Source: Minisyncoccia bacterium (GTDB lineage Bacteria; Patescibacteriota; Minisyncoccia; Phycocordibacterales; UBA9973). From it: 64,000 nucleotides of DNA. The stretch lies in contig JBGATK010000003.1 in NCBI GenBank assembly GCA_044229265.1, forward strand, positions 24,638 to 88,637. Reading direction: 5' to 3'. The notes beneath the pieces are model-generated. The model did no database searches, was not told where the DNA came from, and saw only the letters and a list, made by a program, of their open reading frames with translations. This document shows, piece after piece, positions 49,401-58,993 of the stretch (the first letter of the stretch is position 1; every line of letters begins with the position of its first letter). Both the position numbers and the translations under genes were made by a program.

Positions 49401-49430
49401 ATTATAGCACAATAACACCTCATTTGTCAA
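49401..49430 (-). promoter_or_regulatory. Sigma-70-like promoter (TTGACA-N18-TATAAT) driving the repeat-protein gene with almost no leader
   Basis: Minus strand reads TTGACAAATGAGGTGTTATTGTGCTATAATAAGGGTATG. Confidence 0.45.
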
Positions 49431-49552
49431 CCCCGTCGCTCGCGAGTGACAGGGTCAACCCTCTCACCCTTCATGTCAAAGATGCCCTTTGACATTTTAG
49501 GTAATAAAAAAACCGTGCTTTATACACGGTTATTTGAGTAATATAAATCTTT

Positions 49553-49909
49553 TTAATTCTGTGCTTTCGGCACAGAATTAGTCTTTGGTGCTAGTTTGAA
49601 CCAAGCTGCAATTTCTTTTAGCTTTTTTTTGTTCAAAGTGTAGTACACTTCCCTGCCTTCTTTTCTGCAAGAAACTACGCCTGCTGAGCGCATATTAGCC
49701 ATCATCTGTGAAGCCGCTGAGTGGTCGGATGTTCTAAGCTGTATGTGAATCTGTTTTACAGACAGCTCGCCTTTTTCTTCAAGTAATTCAATCACTTTCT
49801 TTCTTGGCCCTTTCATAACGGACCATAAAATCATGTTTGCATGTCTAGCCTCAGCTGTATTGAACATGCCACGATTAGTTTTTAAAGAAATGTTTTGCAC
49901 ATTTTTCAT
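49553..49909 (-). CDS. ArsR/SmtB-family HTH transcriptional regulator
   Basis: KVIELLEEKGELSVKQIHIQLRTSDHSAASQMMANMRSAGVV winged-helix pattern. Start placed at MKNVQN. Confidence 0.65.
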   Translation of the reverse strand: MKNVQNISLKTNRGMFNTAEARHANMILWSVMKGPRKKVIELLEEKGELSVKQIHIQLRTSDHSAASQMMANMRSAGVVSCRKEGREVYYTLNKKKLKEIAAWFKLAPKTNSVPKAQN

Positions 49910-49934
49910 AATTAAACGGTTTAGGTGAAAAAAA

Positions 49935-50309
49935 TTAATTTTCTTGTTTGGGTGAAAAATAGTTATTAAGTGCTTGTTGTACTCGAAACAACAAATCTTC
50001 ATCAGCTATTTCAATGTAGACATGCTTGCCTACCTTCTCACTTTTTATCACTCCTGATGATTTTAGGACTGAGAGCTGTTGTGATGTGACGGATTGTTCT
50101 AATTTTAATTTCTTATATATTGGAGCAACATCAGTTCTACCCACAGACAAAATGAAATTTAATATTTTCATTCGAGTTGTATTTCCAAGGGCGCGTGTTA
50201 AATCGCACGAGTACTCTAATTTTACTAGATTAAACTTTGTTTTGAAAAAGGTCCCTTCTTTTTCTACAGAAGAAGTGTTAATAACATCTGTTTCTATTTG
50301 TAACAACAT
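49935..50309 (-). CDS. ArsR/SmtB-family HTH transcriptional regulator (tandem paralog)
   Basis: RMKILNFILSVGRTDVAPIYKKLKLEQSVTSQQLSVLKSSGVI pattern. Confidence 0.65.
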   Translation of the reverse strand: MLLQIETDVINTSSVEKEGTFFKTKFNLVKLEYSCDLTRALGNTTRMKILNFILSVGRTDVAPIYKKLKLEQSVTSQQLSVLKSSGVIKSEKVGKHVYIEIADEDLLFRVQQALNNYFSPKQEN

Positions 50310-50420
50310 AATATTTGTTTTTGTTTTATGTAAAAAATCTATGTCCCCAAAATCATATCACTAAAATAGCAAAAGTCAAATGAAACTCGCGTAAAGACGA
50401 AATTATGTTATATTTAATAT

Positions 50421-52322
50421 ATGCAAAAAACTCATACAGGAACACTATTTTTAACCTCCGGTGGCCGAGGCTTTGTAGCACTAGAAGGCCACGAAGAAGA
50501 CATCGAGATAGACAAAGCTCATTTAAACACTGCCCTTCATGGCGATAGTGTAGAAATTTTCTTACATAAAAAAAATGTCGGCAGGCAAACAGGTGAAATT
50601 GTAAAAATTTTAAAAAGAAGTAAGATCGGTTTTGCTGGAGTTTTAGAAAAAGGAGGTGCAGAATTCTTTGTTGTGCCGGACGATACTAAAATGTATGCCG
50701 ATATTTTTATTCCCAAAAAACACCTTGGCGAGGCTAAAGCTGGCCAAAAAGTATTTTGTGAAATTACATATTGGAATGATACACGTAAAAATCCAGAAGG
50801 AAAAATTACCAAAATATTTGGTAAACCAGGAAATAATGACGCCGAGATGCATGCCATAGCCATGGAACGTGGTTTCGATGAAAAGTTAGAACATAAAACC
50901 GAAAAAGAAGCAGAAAAGATAAAAAAACATGGTATTACCGAAAAAGATTACGAAGACAGGCGGGACTTTCGCAAAACTCTAACCTTTACCATAGACCCAA
51001 TAGATGCCAAAGATTTCGACGACGCTATTTCATTTAAAGAACTAGGTGCCGGACTTTATGAAATAGGTATACATATTGCTGATGTATCGCATTATGTCCG
51101 TCCTGGAAACGATATAGATAAAGAAGCAGAAAAAAGGGCGACCAGTGTATACCTGGTCGACCGCACCATACCTATGCTTCCAGAAATTCTCTCAAATGAT
51201 TTATGTTCACTCGTGCCAAACAAAGACCGCCTGACTGTATCGGCTGTATTTATTATGGATGAAAATGCAAATGTAAAAGAAGAATGGTTTGGTAGAACTG
51301 TAATTCATTCACAAAAAAGATTTACTTATGAAGAAGCTGAAGTTTCAATAAAACAAAAAGAAAAATTTTTACATCACGAACTAACTATATTAAATAAAAT
51401 AGCAAAAAAATTAAATCTTTACCGTGTAGAGAATGGTGCATTAATTTTGGAACAAGAAGAAGTAAAATTTATATTAAATGACAAAGGTCAGCCTATCAAA
51501 ATCATCAAAAAAGTCCGTGGTGATTCGAATAAAATGATAGAGGAACTCATGCTTCTAGCGAATCGCAAGGTAGCGGAATTTTTAGGGAAAAAAACCAAGG
51601 AAAAAAATGTTTTTGTATATCGAATTCATGATGCTCCAACCAAAGAAAAAACTGAAGACTTGGTTTATTTCTTAAAAAGTTTAGGCCACAAAGTCCGCAC
51701 AGTAAATAATGTAATTCCTCCAATTGAAATAAATAAAATTTTAAAGAGTCTAGAAGGTAAAAGTGAAATAGATGCAGTATCGAGAGCTGTAATAAGGTCT
51801 CAAGCTAAAGCCATATACTCTACTCAAAATATCGGTCACTTTGGACTCGGATTCGAGCATTACACACACTTTACCTCACCTATTCGGCGTTATCCGGACA
51901 TAGTTGCACACAGAATACTTCTCGATTATTTAGTTGGCAAAAAAATAGGGCCAGATAAAATTCATATATTTGAAAGTATCTCACGCGCAAGTAGCGATCA
52001 AGAAAAACGCGCGCAAGATGCCGAACGCGCAAGCATAAAATATAAACAAGTCGAATACATGAGTGTCCGAAAAGGAAAAACTTTCGAAGGTATTATAAGC
52101 GGAGTTTCCGAGTGGGGTATATATATCGAGGAAGTAGAAACCAAATCCGAAGGCATGTGTAGAGCTCGTGATATGAAAGATGATTATTACATACTGGACG
52201 AGAAAAAAATGCAATTTGTCGGAGAGAAAAAGAAAAAGGTTTATCGTCTAGGTGATCGTGTTAAAATGAAAGTGCACAATGTAGACCTAGAGAAAAAAAC
52301 TATAGACTACATTTTGGTTTAA
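50421..52322 (+). CDS. rnr: Ribonuclease R / RNase II family exoribonuclease
   Basis: Cold-shock-like N-terminus, RNB domain (DPIDAKDFDDAIS), C-terminal S1 domain. Confidence 0.85.
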   Translation: MQKTHTGTLFLTSGGRGFVALEGHEEDIEIDKAHLNTALHGDSVEIFLHKKNVGRQTGEIVKILKRSKIGFAGVLEKGGAEFFVVPDDTKMYADIFIPKKHLGEAKAGQKVFCEITYWNDTRKNPEGKITKIFGKPGNNDAEMHAIAMERGFDEKLEHKTEKEAEKIKKHGITEKDYEDRRDFRKTLTFTIDPIDAKDFDDAISFKELGAGLYEIGIHIADVSHYVRPGNDIDKEAEKRATSVYLVDRTIPMLPEILSNDLCSLVPNKDRLTVSAVFIMDENANVKEEWFGRTVIHSQKRFTYEEAEVSIKQKEKFLHHELTILNKIAKKLNLYRVENGALILEQEEVKFILNDKGQPIKIIKKVRGDSNKMIEELMLLANRKVAEFLGKKTKEKNVFVYRIHDAPTKEKTEDLVYFLKSLGHKVRTVNNVIPPIEINKILKSLEGKSEIDAVSRAVIRSQAKAIYSTQNIGHFGLGFEHYTHFTSPIRRYPDIVAHRILLDYLVGKKIGPDKIHIFESISRASSDQEKRAQDAERASIKYKQVEYMSVRKGKTFEGIISGVSEWGIYIEEVETKSEGMCRARDMKDDYYILDEKKMQFVGEKKKKVYRLGDRVKMKVHNVDLEKKTIDYILV

Positions 52323-54232
52323 TGTATATTTATTCAAAAAAACAAAAATTATTTTTTACATTTTTAATCTTAATGGCTGGTTTTTTATTACCTGCATTAT
52401 TTTCTTATTTCGCAAATAGTAGAGAAATATCTATTCTAACTCAAGATAAAAATAATCGACAGGAAGCGAGCGTGAATCAAAGTTTAAACAGAACGGAAGT
52501 AGAAGAAATTCCAAAATATTATTATTCTAATAAAGATTGGGATAAGAAAATAAAAGTTTCTGCCAAAAGCTATATCGTGGGAGATCTAAAAACTGGTGAG
52601 ATTATTTTAGGTAAAAATGAAACCACTGTTTACCCTATTGCTTCAGTTTCCAAATTAATGACTGCAGTAGTTGCCGATGAAATATCAAAGGGTGATGAAA
52701 CAGTCAAAGTTAGCCGTCGTGCACTAAACACTCCTGGAGAAAATGGTAATTTGAAAATAAATGAAAAAATAAAAATCGGAGATTTGTATTACCCGCTACT
52801 ACTTGAATCATCAAATGATGCGTCCGAAATTTTCGCAGAAAATTTCGGACGCGAAAGTTTCCTGTCCAAGATGAATTTACAAGCTCAAAAAATAAAAATG
52901 TCATCTACTCATTTCGATGACCCAAGCGGACTTTCAAGTGCCAACACTTCTTCAGCTGAAGATATTTTTAAACTAACAGGTTATGTTTATCAAAATAAAC
53001 CAGCTATCCTAAAAATAACCACAAAAAAAAGTTACAATAATAAAAAACATGCTTGGTATTCAAACAACCAATTTTTACGTGAACCTTATTATACTGGAGG
53101 CAAAAGCGGAACTTCCCCTTTTGCCAAACAAGCTGTAGTTTCTACTTTTAATTTACCACTAGGTCAAAATATAAATAGACCGATAGGCATTGTTCTCCTG
53201 CAAAGCACAGATAGGTATCGTGATGTGAAAACTATTCTTCAATATTTAAATAAAAATATATATTTTGGAGGACCTGCGGATGCCGAGGCTGATTGGATAA
53301 AAGAACGCTTAAATCTGCCCGACATTCGTGAGCCAGATTTTCTAACCTTAGTATTTGGTGGTGATATTATGCTGGATCGTGGAGTAAAAAATTCAGTAAT
53401 TAAAAATTTCAACAATGACTATTCTTACCTTTTCGATAAATTAAATATAATTCGTGAATCCGACATAGCTTTTGCAAATTTAGAAGGCCCAGCTTCGGAC
53501 AAAGGCTCTGACTCTGGTAATTTATATTCATTCCGCATGGCTCCTGAAACCATCCCTGCCCTCAAATCTGCCGGCTTCTCAGTCCTTTCTGTAGCAAATA
53601 ATCATGTCGGTGATTTCGGTCGCATAGCCTATGCTGATACACTTACTCGCCTAGCTGAAAATGAAATAGCTTATACCGGAGGAGGTATTTTAGACACTGT
53701 AAAAAATCCAACTATTATAGAAAAATATGGTTTTAAAATTGGCTTTCTTGGTTTTACTGATGTAGGTCCAGAGAATATGAAAGCCGAAGAACAGAATGAA
53801 GGTGTATTACTAGCTAGTGATCCAGATTATGAAAAGATAATTGCTAATGCGGGAAGACAGGTAGATTATTTAATAGTATCAATTCACTTTGGTACGGAAT
53901 ACACAAAAGTTCATAATAAACGCCAAGAAAATCTAGCACATACAGCCATAGACAATGGAGCAAAATTCGTAATTGGCCACCACCCACACGTAGTTCAAGA
54001 TACTGAAGTTTATAAAAATGGCTTCATCGCCTACTCACTGGGAAATCTAATTTTTGACCAAAATTTCAGTGCCGACACAATGGCTGGAATGCTCCTTAAG
54101 ATAAAACTCGCTCGTGATGGAACCTTCTCTATCCAAAAAAATACCGTCAAATTAAACAAAGTTTTCCAACCAGAAAAAATAATCCTGGGCAAAGAAGAAA
54201 AAATAAAAATTAAACCAGAAAAAACTCAATAA
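52322..54232 (+). CDS. Fusion protein: D-Ala-D-Ala carboxypeptidase (peptidase S11) N-terminal domain plus CapA/PGA-synthesis-type metallophosphatase C-terminal domain
   Basis: SxxK motif (ASVSKLMT), SxN (SSNDAS), KSG. C-terminal GGDIMLDRGV...FANLEGP...NNHVGDFG...GHHPHV. Confidence 0.7.
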   Translation: MYIYSKKQKLFFTFLILMAGFLLPALFSYFANSREISILTQDKNNRQEASVNQSLNRTEVEEIPKYYYSNKDWDKKIKVSAKSYIVGDLKTGEIILGKNETTVYPIASVSKLMTAVVADEISKGDETVKVSRRALNTPGENGNLKINEKIKIGDLYYPLLLESSNDASEIFAENFGRESFLSKMNLQAQKIKMSSTHFDDPSGLSSANTSSAEDIFKLTGYVYQNKPAILKITTKKSYNNKKHAWYSNNQFLREPYYTGGKSGTSPFAKQAVVSTFNLPLGQNINRPIGIVLLQSTDRYRDVKTILQYLNKNIYFGGPADAEADWIKERLNLPDIREPDFLTLVFGGDIMLDRGVKNSVIKNFNNDYSYLFDKLNIIRESDIAFANLEGPASDKGSDSGNLYSFRMAPETIPALKSAGFSVLSVANNHVGDFGRIAYADTLTRLAENEIAYTGGGILDTVKNPTIIEKYGFKIGFLGFTDVGPENMKAEEQNEGVLLASDPDYEKIIANAGRQVDYLIVSIHFGTEYTKVHNKRQENLAHTAIDNGAKFVIGHHPHVVQDTEVYKNGFIAYSLGNLIFDQNFSADTMAGMLLKIKLARDGTFSIQKNTVKLNKVFQPEKIILGKEEKIKIKPEKTQ

Positions 54233-54270
54233 AAAAAGTGCTCCGAGATAACTCGAAACACTCATGATCT

Positions 54271-55368
54271 TTAATAACGATAATTATCATAGGCATATAA
54301 TAAATTCTCCAAAACCTTTTCTTCGTCTTTACCCATAATATCTGAAAGACTTCTCTTTAATACCATCATCATTTTTTTATTGTCATATTCACTACCCTTT
54401 TGACGGAAAAAATTTAAAAGTGCTGTATACAAACCAGTGCTTTTAGGTATTAATGGCTTTAGGTGAATTAAATATTCTACATAAGAATTACCATTTTCTT
54501 CGTCAGACATTTGATATAAACCATCCATAAACAATTCTACAGCTTTCTTACGATTTACACCTGAGTAAGCTTGTAATAATGTAGTTAAGCTAATTTTAGT
54601 TCTATTATATACATTATTTATTTTCTTATACTCACGTATCTCGAAAGTATTCCATGTTGCAAGATATTGTTTTAGTGGCCATGTTTTTGAAATCTTATTT
54701 AAATCAGCAATAAGTCTCACTAAATCATACTTAGTAATTTCTACTCCTGGCTCAGGAGTATACAAAGTAAAACGAATAGGTAAACCTAATTTTACAAATG
54801 CTTTGAACCTATGCTGACCATCCAAAATATAATAGCGCCAAACTCCATCAATACAATTCGTATATACCACTGTCGGGAAAGAAAGAACTCCGTGTTTTTT
54901 AATAGATAAAATTAATTTATTAACATGTTTATTAATAATATTTCTATTAAAATCAAGAAAATGAAACATAGAGTAATTACTCGATATGTAAATATTTGAG
55001 TATGCTTCAAATAAATCATTTGGTTTATAAGGTGACACACCACCACTTAAAACCTCAACTCTCTTTTTATCGAAAATAATAGGTCTTTTCAAAAGGTCAG
55101 TTAATTCAATACCCATTTTCTCTCTGGTCTTATTGATTAAATCTTCAGTGAAAGATTCTTTGTGTCTGCTTATACTTTTTAAAGCATCTATGCCATTCTC
55201 TTGGACATAACCCATAATGTGAGCGACCAACAATTGACTTGAAGGGCTGGTCTTAATTTCACTTAAGCCAACGTCTAAAAAAGCAAGTGTGCTCTTTTGT
55301 AATTCTAAAAATTCGGCAGGATGATATATCGATACCTCCTTTGGAAAACCAATTAAATTAGCTGTCAT
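54271..55368 (-). CDS. DGQHR-motif ParB/Srx-like nuclease-domain protein (DndB-like superfamily)
   Basis: LILSIKKHGVLSFPTVVY...RYYILDGQHRFKAFVKLGLP. Confidence 0.6.
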   Translation of the reverse strand: MTANLIGFPKEVSIYHPAEFLELQKSTLAFLDVGLSEIKTSPSSQLLVAHIMGYVQENGIDALKSISRHKESFTEDLINKTREKMGIELTDLLKRPIIFDKKRVEVLSGGVSPYKPNDLFEAYSNIYISSNYSMFHFLDFNRNIINKHVNKLILSIKKHGVLSFPTVVYTNCIDGVWRYYILDGQHRFKAFVKLGLPIRFTLYTPEPGVEITKYDLVRLIADLNKISKTWPLKQYLATWNTFEIREYKKINNVYNRTKISLTTLLQAYSGVNRKKAVELFMDGLYQMSDEENGNSYVEYLIHLKPLIPKSTGLYTALLNFFRQKGSEYDNKKMMMVLKRSLSDIMGKDEEKVLENLLYAYDNYRY

Positions 55369-55441
55369 AATTTTCTATTTTCAATTTGTGATTTATGTGT
55401 TATAATAAAGAAAAAATAAAATAAGTCAATACTAAACAAAT

Positions 55442-56062
55442 TTGTTCATTAAAAACATAAATATGAAGGGCCAAAACGAAAATGTAATTTTGAATTCCAA
55501 AATCGACCTAGATGTATTAATAAAAAATGCGTACGACCAACACTACAAGGAACTTGTAAGTTGGATCATGTCTAAAACTAAAGACATAGCTTTAGCTGAA
55601 GATCTCACTCAAGAAACTTTCATTAAAGCAATTAAAGCAATTAAAGAAGGTAAATACGAAGAAGGAGGAAATATGAGAAGTTGGCTTTTTAGAGTAGGCA
55701 ACAATACTTTTGTAGATTATTACCGCAGAAATTCAAAAAAAGGGAAAAACACAATATCACTAACTGATAATAGCGCAGAGTTAGATAATTTTCTTTTTAT
55801 TTTGCCAGAAACAAATCTAAACCAGTTAGAGATAATAATACATAGTGAAAGTGAAAAGGATTTAGATATAAATAAACTATTAGAAGGTTTATCTACAGAA
55901 CAAAAAGAAGTGATAATGCTAAGGCATTTCCATAATTTTTCTTTTAAAGAAATAGCAGAATATACTGGGGAAAGTATTAATACTTGCCTAGGTAGAATGC
56001 GTTATGCTCTAAAAAACATGAGGATTCAACTTGGTTTACCAGCCGTCATCGACAACGAATGA
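55442..56062 (+). CDS. ECF-type RNA polymerase sigma factor (sigma-24 family)
   Basis: Region 2 LTQETFIKAIKAI...WLFRVGNNTFVDYYRR; region 4 EQKEVIMLRHFHNFSFKEIAEYTGESINTCLGRMRYALK. Confidence 0.75.
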   Translation: MFIKNINMKGQNENVILNSKIDLDVLIKNAYDQHYKELVSWIMSKTKDIALAEDLTQETFIKAIKAIKEGKYEEGGNMRSWLFRVGNNTFVDYYRRNSKKGKNTISLTDNSAELDNFLFILPETNLNQLEIIIHSESEKDLDINKLLEGLSTEQKEVIMLRHFHNFSFKEIAEYTGESINTCLGRMRYALKNMRIQLGLPAVIDNE

Positions 56063-56070
56063 TGGCTTTT

Positions 56071-58284
56071 TTATTTCGCGATAGCTGTGGCTTCTTCGAA
56101 TTTTATTGAAAGTAGTTTTGATGCTCCGTCGACGCCGATGGTTACGCCATAAATTACACCGGCACGACTCATAGTCTCACGATTGTGAGTAACTACGATC
56201 AGCTGAGAATGCTTAGAAAGCTTTTCGAGCATATCACCATACTTACGAGAATTTGCTTCGTCGAGGGCAGCATCAGTTTCATCTAATATCAAAAATGGTG
56301 GTGGATTAACCTGACTCATCGCAAATAAAAGTGCTATAGAAGTAAGAGACCTTTCGCCTCCAGAGAGAGCCTGAAGTTCTTTTACTTTTTTATGAGGCAA
56401 TGAAACATCTATCTCTATACCCTGTTCAAAAGATATTTCTTCACCCATCAATTCTTCATCGCCTTTTTTCTTTTTACTTTCTAAAATAAGTGCGAGTTTA
56501 GCACTACCACCGCCAAACATGAGTCTGAAAAATTCTTCAAATTCAACATTTATTTTTTTAATACCTTCTTTGAATTCTATTTCAACTTTTTCTTTTAAAT
56601 CAAGAATTATTTTTTCTAAAACTTCTATACTATTTTTTAAATCTTCCAGTTCACGGGCCAAGAATTTATCTCTCTCTTCCATATCTTGATATTCTTTTAG
56701 AACATCAGACCCTAAGCTTGCCCCTGCGTCTTCGAGTTTTATTTTAATACGCTCTATTTTCTTTCGTAATTCTTCTTGCAATGTACGGTCAATACTTGGA
56801 GTAGTATTATCTGCAAAATAAAGAACTTGGTGCCCTACTATAGCCACAGCTTCATGTTTTTCATTATTTAAAACTTCTATAGCACGAGAAATATTTTCTT
56901 CTTTGACACGATTAATTTCTAGATTTGAAAGAATGCTTTGCTTTACTGATTTTAATTCAAATTTATCTCGCTCTTTTTGTAAATTTATTTCTACTGTGCT
57001 CGCAATTTTATTTTGAAGTTCACGAATTTGAGCACGTAGACGTTCTTCTTCGGTGGAAATTTTATCCATTTCAAGCATTACACTACCTTGCGAATTCTTG
57101 AGCCCATTTAAAACCGAAAAATCAGAAGGTATTTTGCCTTCACCCTTTTTACCAAATTTATTTAAAATATCTTTGATATTAAAAAGAATTATTTTGACTT
57201 CTTTAAGTTCTTCTTTATCCAAAGCTGTATCTATTTCTTTATTTAGATCTGTTAAAACAGAACGAAGTTCTTCTTCCGAAAGTAATACTGTATTTTTTTC
57301 TTCCTGTGATTTTTTTTCTTCTATTTCTATAAGTGCTTCAATGCGACCGATCTTGCGTTCTAACTCATTTTTTAATCTACGTAATTCATAAATCTTATTC
57401 TCGAGAATACTAATTTCCTTTTCTTCTGAATTTTTACTTTCTTCTTCTGTCGGCAAAGAAGTAGAGCTTAAATTATGTTCTACATGTTCGAGTTCTTTTT
57501 GAAGCTTAAGCTTTTCTTCTTTTAAGATCTTACTTTCTTCTTTTAAATAAAAATCTTCTTTCTTAAAATATTCTTTATATAATTCTAAAAGTTCTACTCG
57601 CATTCCTTTAGCTAACTCGAATTTCTCGACTTGTTTTTTCAAGAAGTTTAAATGTGGAGCATTCTCACGACGAAGAAGTCCCACTTCTTTTATATTTTCG
57701 GAAGTACGCTCTAATTTGCGCTCACTTTCCTTTATTTTGTATTGATAAATTTTAAGACCGAGAGCTTCCTCTATCATTTCTCTCCTGTCGCGCGAAGAAG
57801 CATTCAAAATTCTGTCAGCTTCACCTTGGGAAATAATATGGTGGCCTGATGCACCTATGTGCACTGAAGCTAATAAATTATTTATATCTTTTAATCTAAC
57901 CTCAGAATTATTTAATAAGTATTTATTTAAACCATCAGTATGGACTTCACGTGCAATAGAAACAGTATCAAAATTCAAATTTACTAATTCCCCTTGTTCA
58001 TTTGCTACTTTAAAAATTTTATCTTTATTATCGAGATGAATGGCGACAGATGCACGAGAACCTTGCGAAAGTGTCTTGGAACCTTTAAAAACAAGATCAG
58101 TACCAGCTTTACCGCGCATACTTTTCATGGATTGCTCTCCGAGAACAAAACGAAAAGCTTCAACAACATTTGATTTTCCAGAACCATTTGGTCCTACAAT
58201 ACCGACTATCGAGTGTTCAAATTCTAAAGTAGTTTTTTTAGCAAAAGATTTAAAACCGTTAATTTCTAAATGTTTAAGTCGCAT
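56071..58284 (-). CDS. smc: SMC-family chromosome segregation ATPase, short form (737 aa, no obvious hinge)
   Basis: N-terminal LEINGFKSF...GPNGSGKSN Walker A; C-terminal LSGGERSLTSIALLFA...LILDETDAALD. Confidence 0.75.
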   Translation of the reverse strand: MRLKHLEINGFKSFAKKTTLEFEHSIVGIVGPNGSGKSNVVEAFRFVLGEQSMKSMRGKAGTDLVFKGSKTLSQGSRASVAIHLDNKDKIFKVANEQGELVNLNFDTVSIAREVHTDGLNKYLLNNSEVRLKDINNLLASVHIGASGHHIISQGEADRILNASSRDRREMIEEALGLKIYQYKIKESERKLERTSENIKEVGLLRRENAPHLNFLKKQVEKFELAKGMRVELLELYKEYFKKEDFYLKEESKILKEEKLKLQKELEHVEHNLSSTSLPTEEESKNSEEKEISILENKIYELRRLKNELERKIGRIEALIEIEEKKSQEEKNTVLLSEEELRSVLTDLNKEIDTALDKEELKEVKIILFNIKDILNKFGKKGEGKIPSDFSVLNGLKNSQGSVMLEMDKISTEEERLRAQIRELQNKIASTVEINLQKERDKFELKSVKQSILSNLEINRVKEENISRAIEVLNNEKHEAVAIVGHQVLYFADNTTPSIDRTLQEELRKKIERIKIKLEDAGASLGSDVLKEYQDMEERDKFLARELEDLKNSIEVLEKIILDLKEKVEIEFKEGIKKINVEFEEFFRLMFGGGSAKLALILESKKKKGDEELMGEEISFEQGIEIDVSLPHKKVKELQALSGGERSLTSIALLFAMSQVNPPPFLILDETDAALDEANSRKYGDMLEKLSKHSQLIVVTHNRETMSRAGVIYGVTIGVDGASKLLSIKFEEATAIAK

Positions 58285-58291
58285 ATAAAAA

Positions 58292-58987
58292 TTAATCTAA
58301 CCAATTTTTGACTTCTAATGCCCTGCTTGCAGCAGATTGCTCAGCTTCTTGTTTGCTTTTACCTGTACCCTTTCCTACTAATTCTGTTCCAAAATAAATA
58401 CCAACAGTAAAGTGTTTATCATGGTCTGGGCCTGATTCAGAAACAACTTTATAAGAAGGTGTAGTAGATAAATACTCTTGAGCTTTTTCTTGCACTAAAC
58501 TCTTTGCATCGCGCCAAAGTTTTTTATTTACTATTTCATCAGTATGTATAAGTAAACTCTTAGCAATAAAATCTTTTGCGTAATCATAACCGAGGTCAAG
58601 ATATACAGCTCCTACATAAGCTTCGTATGTATTTGCTAATATATATTGCCGAGCTTTACCAGTATCTTTACCTTCACCTCTTGAAAGTAGCAAGTATTCA
58701 TTCATACCGAGGGTACTTGCCACCTCAGAAATAATATTTGCATTTACGAGAGCTGAACGAATAGCAGTAAGCTCGCCTTCGTTATAAGAAGCATATTTTT
58801 CATATAAATAATCCGTAACTACGAGTTCGAGCACAGCATCACCTAGAAATTCTAAACGTTCATTGTGAGATAATTTTAAGGCTGGGTTTTCATTTATATA
58901 TGAACGGTGTATAAATGCCTGTTTTAGTAAACTTTTGTCTTTAAAAAATATTTTTGTCTGTTCTTCAAATTTTTCAAAATCTATCAT
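58292..58987 (-). CDS. rnc: Ribonuclease III
   Basis: ERLEFLGDAVLELVV signature plus a C-terminal dsRBD. Confidence 0.9.
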   Translation of the reverse strand: MIDFEKFEEQTKIFFKDKSLLKQAFIHRSYINENPALKLSHNERLEFLGDAVLELVVTDYLYEKYASYNEGELTAIRSALVNANIISEVASTLGMNEYLLLSRGEGKDTGKARQYILANTYEAYVGAVYLDLGYDYAKDFIAKSLLIHTDEIVNKKLWRDAKSLVQEKAQEYLSTTPSYKVVSESGPDHDKHFTVGIYFGTELVGKGTGKSKQEAEQSAASRALEVKNWLD

Positions 58988-58993
58988 ATATTC

